Source of the DNA: Novakomyces olei
Lineage: Eukaryota
Direction of reading: 5' to 3'
DNA length: 64,000 bases
NCBI GenBank assembly: GCA_016906335.1
Contig: JADEYG010000012.1
Coordinates: forward strand, 248,001-312,000
The position numbers and the translations under genes are program-made. Positions within the stretch are counted from its first letter, which is position 1; the number at the start of each line of letters is the position of its first letter. Under the pieces are notes generated by a model, which saw nothing but the letters and a program-made list of their open reading frames with translations, did no database searches and was not told the origin of the DNA. Below are positions 26,072 through 37,388 of the stretch, in pieces.

Positions 26072-26454
26072 CAAAAGGATAAATATAGAACGTGGTGAAA
26101 GGCACCGCTCTGTAATACAAATATGTTGAATAGTACAATTACTACGTACTCTTTTCCACAAAATAGTGATTATTGTCTAATTTGTCCTTTCTTTTCGACA
26201 ACCGTCATTACCTGATCAAGGCTTTTGCTGATTGCACAGCCAACAGTATAGATCAAGCACCGTGTGCAATACTAGATGCATTTCGTAAACACCTTGATTG
26301 ACTCTTAAGTAGTCTCAACATGTGCGCTGTGACGTATTATTATAGCACAGTGATATATTTATGAGCAAACTATGTTATATAGGTATATAATTATTAAGAT
26401 CATATTCTTCTCAACATCCAAAGACAAGATGGTCGATTGGAACACACCACATCA

Positions 26455-26528
26455 GCTGGCGTGGCGCAGTCGGTTAGCGCGCTGAACTAATAATTCAGCG
26501 GTCGCCGGTTCGAGCCCGGTCGTCAGCA
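26455..26528 (+). tRNA. tRNA-Ile (anticodon AAT), intronless
   Basis: Acceptor stem GCTGGCG/CGTCAGC with discriminator A; D-arm GCGC...GCGC with A-box; anticodon stem CTGAA/TTCAG around loop CTAATAA; T-loop GGTTCGAGCC; downstream T-runs act as a Pol III terminator. Confidence 0.95.
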
Positions 26529-27267
26529 TTTATTTTTGTTTTTTTTTCTTTTGCATTATTTATTGCATTCACGTCTAAACGGAAACATAAAAATATGTGT
26601 CTAATGGATATGTGCCTATTGCATAATCCTAATTACATTTTAGTCGAGACACTTCGTTGCGAAAACTAAAGCGCAGGTACGCCAATGCATGCGGCTTAAA
26701 TCGTATACTTGTGAAACATACAACTTCCAATCACTTGATTATTTAATACAAAGTAGTTTATATAGAACGCTTGTTTTGCCATCTGAGTAATCGCGTATGC
26801 TATCTGTTTGACAAAAGATACTAGTTGGATTACGATACAACTTGGATTAATATCCTTTTGAGGCTTCTTTAGGAATTCAGCGAATGCTTTAGAGTTAAAG
26901 GCGTGCGTAATCAAAAGACTGGCAGATTACAAAAAGAAAAGAAGCAAGGGCATACAGTAAGATGATCAAATAACTTTTATTCTCCACACATGTTCCTTAT
27001 ACTATGGTCGTGCCCCCTTGGCCAACGTAATCAAACCCGGGCGCGGTAAGACGCTCATGCCCAGGCCATTGTCGACAGGTTAGCATCGGCATTTCTTCAT
27101 TACTCCAAGCTAAGCTGGCGAATCGACTCGCAATCAAGGAGAAGCCTTTTGTAAACAGCCAAAGCAGGATTGAAACTGCGTTCCTGTCCTGTCTTGTCCT
27201 GTCCTGCCTGCTGTGTGTATATGGGAGCAAGCGTCTATGCAAGGCAATATACCAACTGTATATACAA

Positions 27268-28482
27268 TTAACCTTGCAAGTCCTGCTGAATGTAAACGTC
27301 TCCTGCCACTGATCCGACAGAGAGCTGTCCAAACGCACTCGTGTCCGGGAACCTTTCGTCCTCGCCTTCGCCTGGGGTCACGTCCTTTGTCGCCAAAGCT
27401 CTCAACCCCCATCCACCGAACCCGTCCTCGAGCACAACTAGATTTTCGCACCGCTGGTCTTCGTCCAAGTGCACCATGCCAAAAGCCGTTTCCGCGAGAA
27501 TACGACCACGGAACTGGCCGAGGTAGGCTATAACGATACTGCCCGACTGTGACATGTGAGCCCCGTGCACGTCAAGCAAACGGCCGCCGGTGTTGCTGAT
27601 AGCGTCCACACGAATATTGCCGCTCGTGCTTTCCGTCTGTATTTCCGGGTGAGGGTATTCCCGGGCGGTAAGGTAGGGCGCCGCCGTGATGAGACCCGCT
27701 TCCGTAGCGAACGCGCTCTTCTTCCCCAGGGGAAACGAGCCAGTAATGTTACCTGCCGACGACTTTACGAGCACGTGATCGGCTCGGAGTGTCTGTGAGC
27801 GGGAGCGGATGGTTCCCCAGAAGGACTCGAGCACGAGTGTGCGCACGTGCATGTCCACGCCCTCGTGTACCGTAATATCGCCCGTGGGAAAAAACAAGGT
27901 CAGAGCATTTAGCGCAGATTGTGCGGGCACACGGATTGTGCATTGAGCACGTATACACGCACTCTGACCGCTCAGTGGCCGTGTTTCAAACACTAATTCG
28001 CTGCCGTTTGTGCTTGTCAGGGAGACGGACTTGAGCGCCTCAGAGTGAGTGGCCAATAAGACCCATTCGACGCCGATACTGTCGCCCTCAGCGGCCGCCT
28101 CAATGGCCACATCGACCATACTCATGCTCTGAGTGCTGTGCACTGCGTGCCTCACTGTAATATTCTCGCCTGCCAATTGGAAGCGAGTGTTCCCTTCAAA
28201 GGGCTCAGCCGCAGTCCCGCACAGGTCGCGGTCGGCCGGCACAAGAGCCGCCCGGTGGCCGCCCCCACCGGAGCCCCTGCCTGCGCCTTTTCGCCAGTGG
28301 GGGGCAATAACGCCAGTGTTGAACAAGACTTCAGCCACTATCAGCAGGAAAAGTAGGAAAGCGCCCGCTCTCAGACCATTGCGACGGCTCACCCATTTTA
28401 ACCGTGGGTGGATATAGTCTGTTTGCTCTTCGCCGGGTGCTTCCCCGCCGAGATCGTGCAGCGGGACCTGTTCATAGCTCAT
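27268..28482 (-). CDS. Type II membrane protein with a putative adhesin-like (DUF4097-type) beta-solenoid ectodomain, intronless
   Basis: 404-aa ORF with a short cytosolic N-terminus, a single TM (AGAFLLFLLIVAEVLF), repeated S/T-x-x-G-x-I units (SSAGNI, STSGNI, SQSGSI, SVAGDV) and N-glycosylation sequons. Confidence 0.7.
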   Translation of the reverse strand: MSYEQVPLHDLGGEAPGEEQTDYIHPRLKWVSRRNGLRAGAFLLFLLIVAEVLFNTGVIAPHWRKGAGRGSGGGGHRAALVPADRDLCGTAAEPFEGNTRFQLAGENITVRHAVHSTQSMSMVDVAIEAAAEGDSIGVEWVLLATHSEALKSVSLTSTNGSELVFETRPLSGQSACIRAQCTIRVPAQSALNALTLFFPTGDITVHEGVDMHVRTLVLESFWGTIRSRSQTLRADHVLVKSSAGNITGSFPLGKKSAFATEAGLITAAPYLTAREYPHPEIQTESTSGNIRVDAISNTGGRLLDVHGAHMSQSGSIVIAYLGQFRGRILAETAFGMVHLDEDQRCENLVVLEDGFGGWGLRALATKDVTPGEGEDERFPDTSAFGQLSVGSVAGDVYIQQDLQG

Positions 28483-28559
28483 TAGCAGTTGCAGCGCACG
28501 CTATTAGTACGCTTCATCCAAGGCTCGCTCCTTATATAGCTGCTCTATATATTTTAGTG

Positions 28560-28693
28560 TAGTATAATAGTATAGTATAATAGTATAATAGTATAATAGT
28601 ATAATAGTATAATAGTATAATAGTATAATAGTATAATAGTATAATAGTATAATAGTATAATAGTATAATAGTATAATAGTATAATAGTATAAT
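28560..28693 (+). repeat. Microsatellite (TAGTATAA)n, about 16 copies
   Basis: Read directly; begins about 80 nt upstream of the ATG at 28482. Confidence 0.96.
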
Positions 28694-29101
28694 ACAGATA
28701 TTACCTGTCAGCCAGGTACGTAATTTTTGTACACCAAAGGTGCATGCGATTTTCATTGTTTTAATGCGTATAATATTGAATATCAATACATGTAGTAAAC
28801 TTTGATACTATTGGCGTTCTTGGCGCTCAAGTAAGTTTACAGTCAGTCTATGGACGATCATTGCGAGATTTTGTCGGTAGGATAATAATAATAATAATAA
28901 TAATTATGATTATGATTATACGATAATAATATTATTCTTGTCGCATGTTATAGATATGGCACTCGTCCACTTGGCCAACACTTATTGGCTAATGCTACAT
29001 TTGTTCGTGCGAATGGGGCCTTATTAATACGGTACCGTGACCCTGTCCGGCTGTACACAGTATGTAATCCTACATTCCTCTGGGATACATCTATCAGTCC
29101 A

Positions 29102-30598
29102 TCAGTGCTTTTCTTCGTCAGACCGTTTTTCTTCCGACTGCTCCTTGTGCCTTTCCAAGGCGCGCGACCCTTTAACCGCATTACCGTCATCAATCTCCGC
29201 ATTTTCGTCCCACGTGACGTCATATTCACTGGCAACACGCCGGATTTCGCGTCGGATTTCACGGCCTTGCTGGATTAAATCCTCCCACCGATCCAAGCTG
29301 AACCCACGTTCACGGTAAAGTGCTTCCTGACGCTTCGAAATTGTCTGTTCCATGACATTTCGGTAACTCACGTCTCGGTGATGAAATAGAAACCAAGCAT
29401 AGCCCGCCAATGCGGCCACCAGGCCTACAATGTACGTTGTGGGCTCCATAACGTCCCATCCGAGATCGAAAAACGTAAGCCTCACCTAATCGTTAGTATT
29501 GATCAATAAACGATGACCGTACCGTGAGGATTGTATAAGCAACAAGTCCGTAAAATCCAAAAGATGCAAATCGGTAAGCATTGCGATTGGCAATCCGATC
29601 ACACTCGGCCTTTACATGAGACATTTCTTCGAGCTGTTTTGTAACTATTCGCAATTGCCGTCGTAGAAAGTATGTTCGCTCTGTTCGTCAGCAAAATTAC
29701 AAAATGCCATTAATGAAGCTGATAGGTACGAGTTGAAGTAAGTTGAAAGTGCAATATTAAAGCACAAATATTTAAAAAATAAAATCCTGCGTAGAATTCA
29801 CGATCCCTGTGAATGATGATGAAACGAGTCCCAATGCAAAGCCCAGGGACAAGCAATACGAATCAGACCGATTTAAAACGCATCGAAATAATAACAGACA
29901 ACCAACCTTCGAATGAGGGTACATTGACAATGATCTCTCGGCCTCCGATGCGTACAACAAACTGTTTATCCAGCGCGGCCTCACGCACAAAGTCTCCGAT
30001 ATTCGTCTCACTAGACCACCTCATGTTACGGTCACGCCCGTAGCCATGAAACGTAATTCGAGGCAGATCATTTTCGGCTACGCCTGCATCCTTAATTTCG
30101 CCCTTGACTAGTTGCTCCAAGTATGAAAGAGGCTGAAGCGGGTGAAGCACGAATGCGACTGCCTTTTCTGACGAATTTTCGCCGGTTGGAAGGGGCAGAG
30201 TTAGTTTAAATAACCGTGCTGCTGTGAATTGGAAACGGCCTTTGCGAATTAGATCTCATGCTAGTCAAGTACTGTGGTACCGGCGTCGTTTGCTACATTC
30301 AAACGAGCCATTTCTAATTTCTTTCCGTATTATATCTGCCTTTATTCAATAATTGATTACCATGAACAGCCTCCACCATCTCTGGCGGCTCACTGTCTCC
30401 GCTTCGGGTCTTGGAAGGCTGCCGCGAGGATTGAATAGCCGTGCTATCCGCCTGTTCCTTTTGTGTCTGAGCCTTTTGTGCACGTATTGTGCTGCCCGTC
30501 AGCGTACGGCAGCCAAATGCGTACGGCCGAGCAACGGGGATACCGAGTACAGGCTGTCTCGGAAACGAGAGCCTGCTCCAGCAAAGCGGCCTCCACAT
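29102..30598 (-). CDS. mcu: Mitochondrial calcium uniporter (fungal MCU), 4 exons
   Basis: Arg-rich presequence MWRPLCWSRLSF..., RLFKLTLPL...VLHPLQPLSYLEQL, VPSFE|ERTYFLRRQL...KAECDRIA, TM1, and the selectivity-filter motif LGWDVMEPTTY before TM2 and a coiled coil. Confidence 0.93.
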
Positions 30599-30842
30599 TG
30601 ACTCATATCCTCCATATCGAATCATACGCTGCTCAACGATGACGGCATTGCCTTCAGACCTTGTTATGTAAGGAGGGCCCTGTCCATAATACTGTACCAT
30701 TACTTGTACACCCACTCCGGTATTAACATACACGCAGAGTTGGGTGAAAGCAATACAAAAGATAATGAGAGATAGGATTGTGGACAGTGAGTGCTATTGT
30801 AGGGTAAAAATACGGTGAAATCGTAAAAAAGCCCATACACCG

Positions 30843-33384
30843 ATGCGGCCTCTATACTTGCTGGCGGCTCTGCTACCATTGACAGCCGCTCTTACAGCTG
30901 ACGAGGCGGGCCGCATTGACTTCCACTTGCCGCTAATCGGCTCTTTAATAGCTCCAGTTCAAGTATCGGGTTCTTTGTGTGTATGTGCGTCAGAACGAAA
31001 CTTTATCGCCGCCTTGGATTGCGAGTCAGGCGCTCTCAGTATGCTGTGTCCCAGTATTTATTTGCTTTTATTTGCTATTAATGCTACGAGCCTTCGCATG
31101 TACTAATTCAAAAAGTATGGCGCCAGGACACGGGAGGAAAGATTGATTTCTTTGACACATTGGACGGGAGTATGTATCACGAAACTGTTTCAAATTACTA
31201 TTGCTAACCGTGCGACAAGAAATATATGTCGGCGGGCCGAAGGGGGTACAGCGATGGGACGCCGAGACTGCGCGGTTCGATTGGCAGCAGCAGTCACGTG
31301 CTCACGCAGTGAACGCGCAAGATGACATTTACGCGTTGAACACGTCGACACCAGCATTGGCTGTAGCAGTGCGAAACACGGTATACACAGCCGTCTTACA
31401 CGATAATCTGCTGAGCGTGTACGACTATGATCTACAGGGATACCCACGCAGCAGCGGTGTCCCCTTGCTGCAGGTTTCAGCGCGCGGTGCACGGAATGTG
31501 GCGGTACTGCCCACGGGAAAAGTAATTTACACTAATGCGGGGACACTGCACGTGCTCTCGCTTACGACGGAAGACCACCGCTCAACGGCTCTGCTGCAGG
31601 GCGTTAAATCTTTTCAAGTCCTACCGGATTCGCAGCTTCTGGCCGTTGTCTCGGCAACCGACTCTCTATTGAATATTTACGAGGTCGATGGCACACATCG
31701 GTTTGGGCCTGTTGCTGGCTCAAATGCCGTTGCGGCCAGGGGCGCACTTGTGGCAGTAGCACAGCCTGACGGAGTGGCTGTTTACCGCGACGGGGAGCTG
31801 GTGGGACTCGCCGAGAAGAGTAAGGACCCAAGCGGCGTGCAAGTTAACCAGGGGCTTGGAATGCAAAATATAACCATCACACGGAATGGTGACGTAATCG
31901 TCGCAGACAGTGAGTCAATCAGCTTGTACCGTGTCACCCGAAACAAGGTAAACCGCGTGTGGACACGTGAAGAGTCGCTAGCTTACGCGACGCATGCTGT
32001 AGCCATTTCACTGCCACGCGCAGATCGCACCACGCTCCATGAGGCAGGGTACGCGGCACGCGTGCAACGCCATGTAAACGCTCTACTTGACCTGGCTCGC
32101 AAAACAGCAATAACGCCTGCTACAGATCGTAATGATCCCTTTGATTTACACAAGTATATAGTTTTTGCAACCAGCCGGAATACTCTTATTGCTGTGGATA
32201 CGGCAGACAGTTTGGATATAAACAAACGAATTGTATGGAGTGCGCACCTACCTGACAGCGTTTTGCAATTGGAGTCATCCCTTGCTAGCACGGTAGACAT
32301 CGATTTGACAGCAGGTGTGCGGTTAACAATTGACGCATTGAGTGGACGCGTTCTATCGCGCACGGAACGCGATACCCAACTGCCAACGCATTTTGCAGAA
32401 TCGGAGAGCAATCGATCTCTTGCAGGTTACGCAAACGGGAACCAAGTTTTTGCGTACTCGCCGCCGTTTGGAGCTGTTGCCGCGGCAACCGCCCCGAATG
32501 ACCCACGTTTACAAGTGCCCTATATCGGCCGTGTTCTAGGCGACCGACGTGTTTTGTACAAGTATTTAAACCCTAATACTGTAGCAAATGCCTGGGTCGT
32601 GCAGGAGCAAGAATTGCTGATCTCCATTGTTGATACCGCAACCGGCAACGAGGTTTTTTCTGCCACGCACGCTAGTGTCGACGCGTCAAAACCTGTTGCT
32701 CTTGTTCTCAGTGGTAATTGGCTTACTTACTCGTTCTGGAGTGCTACTGAGCACCGCTCAACTATCGTGTCGTGCGAGCTTTACGAGTCGTCTGTCCCTA
32801 ATGAGCGAGCACCGCGTGTCAGCACTCCTAATCATCAACAGCGGCAGCGGCCGGCGCCCGTTTGCGCGGCCTTTTCTGCTCCTTTTTTAATTAGCACGTT
32901 TGGTGTTACTCACACTGCCCAAGGAATTTCAAATCGCGACATTCTCGCATATCTACCCCTTTCTCGGCAATTGGCAGTTTTGAGCCAGCCGATGCTGGAT
33001 CCGCGTCGGCCCAATCTGGGAACGCGTAAACTATCTGCCGAAGAAATGGAAGAAATGCTCATACCGTATGAGCCCTTGCTTCTACCAACGAGCATTCTCA
33101 GCCATGTTTACGCGCTTTTCTTATCGTCTTCTTCAACCCCGCCAGTAGCAACGGCACAATTTACGGCGTTCCCGACGCGACTCGAAAGTACGAGCATCAT
33201 TGTCGCGTGGGGCAATGACGTGTTTGTCACACGAGCTACACCAAGCCGGCCGTTCGACGTGTTAAGTTCAAGTTTTAGCAAGGCCCAGCTATTGGCCACG
33301 GTAGCCGCGTTGTTAGCCGCTGTAGCTTTTACCCGTCCAATGGTTCATAAGAAGCAGCTTCGTCAACGGTGGGCGGCCGCATAG
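30843..33384 (+). CDS. emc1: ER membrane complex subunit 1, 3 exons
   Basis: Signal peptide followed by ALTADEAGRIDFH, GRVLGDRRVLYKYLNPN and PTRLESTS...PSRPFDVLSSSFSK, then a C-terminal TM and KQLRQRW. Confidence 0.93.
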
Positions 33385-33707
33385 GATATGCAGAACCATT
33401 TATATGATAAAAGTTGGATAGGAGTGGCTTAAAGAGAAAAACACATAATAATTAGTTTATAATTGCCGATATAAATCATAATGTATTTCAGTATGTTTCA
33501 CGTGCGACCACTCCTGAGGTTTGATATAAGGACGGAACGTTTTGATATACAATACTATGTGTACAATCTAATACTATCGTTGCTGTACTTTAGTTCGACT
33601 GTAATGACCAATACGGGCAAGAAAAGAATTGACCCTAACCCTAACCCCAACATATATAACAACCAACATGACAATTTCAGGGTTTATATTCAAAATCAAA
33701 TTAAAAA

Positions 33708-34914
33708 CTATGGGGTATCATCATCCTCGGTGCGCGCACGTTTAAGCGCACGAAACTTGCGGCTCTGCAACTTTCCAAGATCCTGCTTGCCAACATGAAT
33801 ACGACCCGTTTTATCGCCCAAGTCGTCCATATCAATATTTTTGCTTCGTTTCTTTGCCGTCCCTGTGACCACTGCGGCTCTTTGCAAAGATTGAGCCCAA
33901 ATATCGGACGCGGGCTCCTGTCGCCGGCGTATGGAAAGATCCAACCGTGGACCCATTTCCTCTAGCTCAACACGAGGCAGTAATTGCCCACTGCGTCGCA
34001 AAACGATTCTATAAGTTCTCAAATAAACAGTAGGCTGTATTGATCCCTGAGTTGCCAGCAATGAAGATGCTGGTTCTTCCGCGCTCACAACGACAACATG
34101 CTGTAATCCACTTTGATCTATTTGCTGACTGCTGGCAACATCGCCAGGCTGGAAAAAATCAAGCAATAAACTTTTCAGATGCATATATTCCTCACGTACA
34201 TCGAATATTTGTCCCTGGAAAATGATTAGCGGCCTGAGTCCAGCGCCCACTTTAGACCCGGGAAAGTCTCGTATTCCGCGGTAGGAGTCCACTCCAATTT
34301 CTAGCATGTCTAATATTTCACCGGCAAATGTACGGGCCCATACGAAATTGTGAGGCCGTTTTTTTTGGTGAGTCCCCAAGATTATGTGACTAGCATCGTT
34401 TTTCTTGGCTAAAAATTCGAGTGATGAAGCGTCTTCAAACGGGTGAATTTCGTGAGGCTTTGTGAATTTAATTGCCTGTGGTTTTTTTAAAGCAAACTGA
34501 AATTAGTACACTGTAAGGTATCAAGAAAAAGGGAAAGGGAAAGAGACGATTAAAAAGACAGGAAAATTGAATTGCGACAGTAAGCGCAACGAGATAATGA
34601 ATAGGTCAAAGCATGAAAAAAAAGAGATACAGTACGAACAAAAATTAAATCAATTAGAAAAAGAGACACATAAAAAACCGACAAGACAAACCATCTCTCA
34701 CGTCTATCATTTTTTGTTAGATCAAAACTTACAAGATCGCCAATAGCGTCCATTACAAGCTGTGAAGCCGTGCTTCCTCGCAGAAAAAGCGCAGTCTTTG
34801 CATTTTCATGAACTTGCGGCTCCCGCTTTTCCATTGCACGCTTGGACCGCGCATTTCGCGGTTTTCTAAACATTAACAATAGCAGTTTAGTCAAACTTAC
34901 ACTGTGCGAAGCAT
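33708..34914 (-). CDS. rpf2: Brix-domain ribosome biogenesis factor Rpf2, 3 exons
   Basis: MLRTV|KPRNARSKRAMEKREP, HPFED, HQKKRPHN, LPRVELEEMGPRLD and GRIHVGKQDL motifs. Confidence 0.95.
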
Positions 34915-35250
34915 TTTGAGAACTTTGGAGAGCTGTTCTTCCACAACTTTTGCTCCTTGTTTTATGAAAATTTATTATAAGTAGAATTTTATTTCATCCA
35001 TTAAAGTCGTAATGTTCCTTTACATTGGATTATTTATCCTCTTTTTTCCACATCCATTTAATTAATAGAATATAAGTATATTATGATAGAGATAATCAAT
35101 ATACCAAACACATAGTGTATAAATTACACTATACAATACACTATAGATGATATACGGAATTCTTGCGATTGCCGTATCTATACAAAGCCGAAACACGTTC
35201 AACGAGATTCAAACTCAGTCCATCAACATTTGACTCGACAATGTGACGAA

Positions 35251-35687
35251 ATGCAACGCGGAAAAGGCACCGCGGCGGCCTTACTTGAAGATACGAAAAC
35301 ACGCTCAACGCGTTCGCGCAATGGTATAATACTGTATAAGAGAGAATACTTACAATCAGGATGGTTTGTACAGTGATTTATATTTGTTTGGCTAACGCGT
35401 GCTTTTCCTTGTTAATTTAGCTTGACTTGCCGGTAAGTGTAATTGTTATCTAATTTCCTGTTTATATCTAAATCTTTCCGCTCATGATTTAGTGATCGCC
35501 ATTTAAAATGTGACGAAGGCAAACCTGTATGTTTGAATTGCCATCGATCACGTCGAGCGTGTTTACGTGGATTTCGACTGAATTTCGTCGAGCTTAATGT
35601 TTTGTCGCCGCCAAAAAGTTCTTTGCCAGCTACTGCTTCTGCTTTTTTCGAAGGTACGTTTAGAGGTGCTCTAGCTACACATTGAAT

Positions 35688-35758
<71 letters not shown>

Positions 35759-37282
35759 TACACTATATACATTTCACCTTTACTGTTTCGTGTTATCCAC
35801 GGTTTTCTGCTGCATTTCACCTTTTAATTCCTCCTTTCCCCGAGCTAAAGATTAGTATCGTTCCAGGATGATACAAGCGAGATCACAAGCCAGTATATTG
35901 TCGCGTCGAGGCCAACAACCTCGGAGAAGCCCTCAAGCAACGGGACACTCAAAAATTCAGCGTCTGATCGTCGTTTAAACGCCGTATCGGACAGTCACCC
36001 TCTCGTAAACGTTGAGCCAACCCCAATTTCAACGCCGACTGAAGCTCTTTATTTCCGTTGTTTTGTAATGGAATCAGGGGACTGGATGGACATTTTTGAT
36101 TCCAAGAGGCATTTTTCACATTTAAGTACACCTCGGGCTATATCAGACCCCTGTCTTTTGAACGCTTACCTCGCCTGTTCGGCGCGTCAGCTTTCACGTG
36201 TAAATATTTCCATGCAGGACGCTAATAATGCCCTTTTTTACTACAACAAAAGCCTCCATATGCTTCCTGCACGGCTTGAGGACTCAAGGCAAAGACGTAC
36301 GGGTGAAGTGCTAGCTGCTACGGTTGTCCTGTCTGTTTGTGAAATGATGGCGGCCGATGAAAAAGAATGGCAATCCCATTTGAACGGCAGTCGCAGCCTG
36401 ATCCTTGAAAATGGTATCAACGGGTCCAGCGGAGGCCTCGAACAGGCTTGTTTTTGGGTTTTTGCTCGGACAGATAGTCTGGCTGCTCTAATTACCGGAG
36501 GACAATGCCGAATTCCGCCCAGCAAATGGGCAATTGACCTCAATTTCCGTGATCGATCATCCGCAGAGGCAGAAGATGTATGGGCTAATCGTATCGTATA
36601 CATTTTAGCTCGCTGTGCTGATTTCATTTCTTCTTCGTCTAACTCTTCTTCAAATTGCCTGCGTGAATGGCGAGAAATATACGATTTAGCTCATGATTGG
36701 AGTGCTAATTTGCCCGTCACAATGCGCCCACTAACTGCTTCTATCCCACCGTCAACTATCTTCCCCACGCAATGGTTTGCTACTCCGATGGGATGTTCGG
36801 CAATTCAATTTTACCATTTAACAATGCTTTTAATGAAGCGATGGGCACGCAAGCCCAAGGAAGAGATCCTGCATCATGCTCGTCTTATTTGCGGTCTCTC
36901 TTATGTTTCTGCAAGCCATTCTTTCGATGTTAATGCGCTGCAGCCTCTTTTTTTTGCCGGTCGTGAGCTGGTTGCTGAAGCTGAAAGGCTTGTTTTATTA
37001 GACATCTTGCAGAGAATCGAACAGGAAACCGGTTGGGCCACCGAATGGCGACAGCGCCGACTTCGTATTGAATGGAGAATGCTGCAGGAGAGCGACAATG
37101 AAGGAGAGAGCGACAACGAAGAGGAAAAGGAAGGCAATGATGAGCGAAATGAACATGAAAAGGGCAGTGAGAGCGATTCCAGTAGTGAAAGTTCGAGTAG
37201 CGACAGCTTGAACACATTAAGCGTTTCTGCTTCTGCTTTTGACGCGACTGATTATCTTGTCGGAAGCGAAACAGAGTATTAG
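35251..37282 (+). CDS. Zn(II)2Cys6 transcription factor with a Fungal_trans_2-type C-terminal domain; 5 exons including 4-nt and 12-nt microexons
   Basis: Spliced [41 protein letters not shown], then FQDDTSEITSQY, WMDIFDSKRHF and IEQETGWATEWR. Confidence 0.88.
35687..35759 (+). repeat. Intronic microsatellite (TTTA)n, about 18 copies
   Basis: Read directly inside intron 4 of the Zn2Cys6 gene. Confidence 0.96.
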
Positions 37283-37388
37283 CTCTGCAGTTTGTATTTT
37301 TAGGTTGTATAAATATGAATATAAATATAGGTACAAGTATTTCAAACACAACTGTATGATTATACAATCACATACAAATCACCCTCGC

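Noticed and set aside
33632-33648. CCCTAA repeats as a telomere or chromosome-fusion remnant
   Set aside because: Only 2-3 units lie between conserved housekeeping genes; they are treated as possible factor-binding sites instead.
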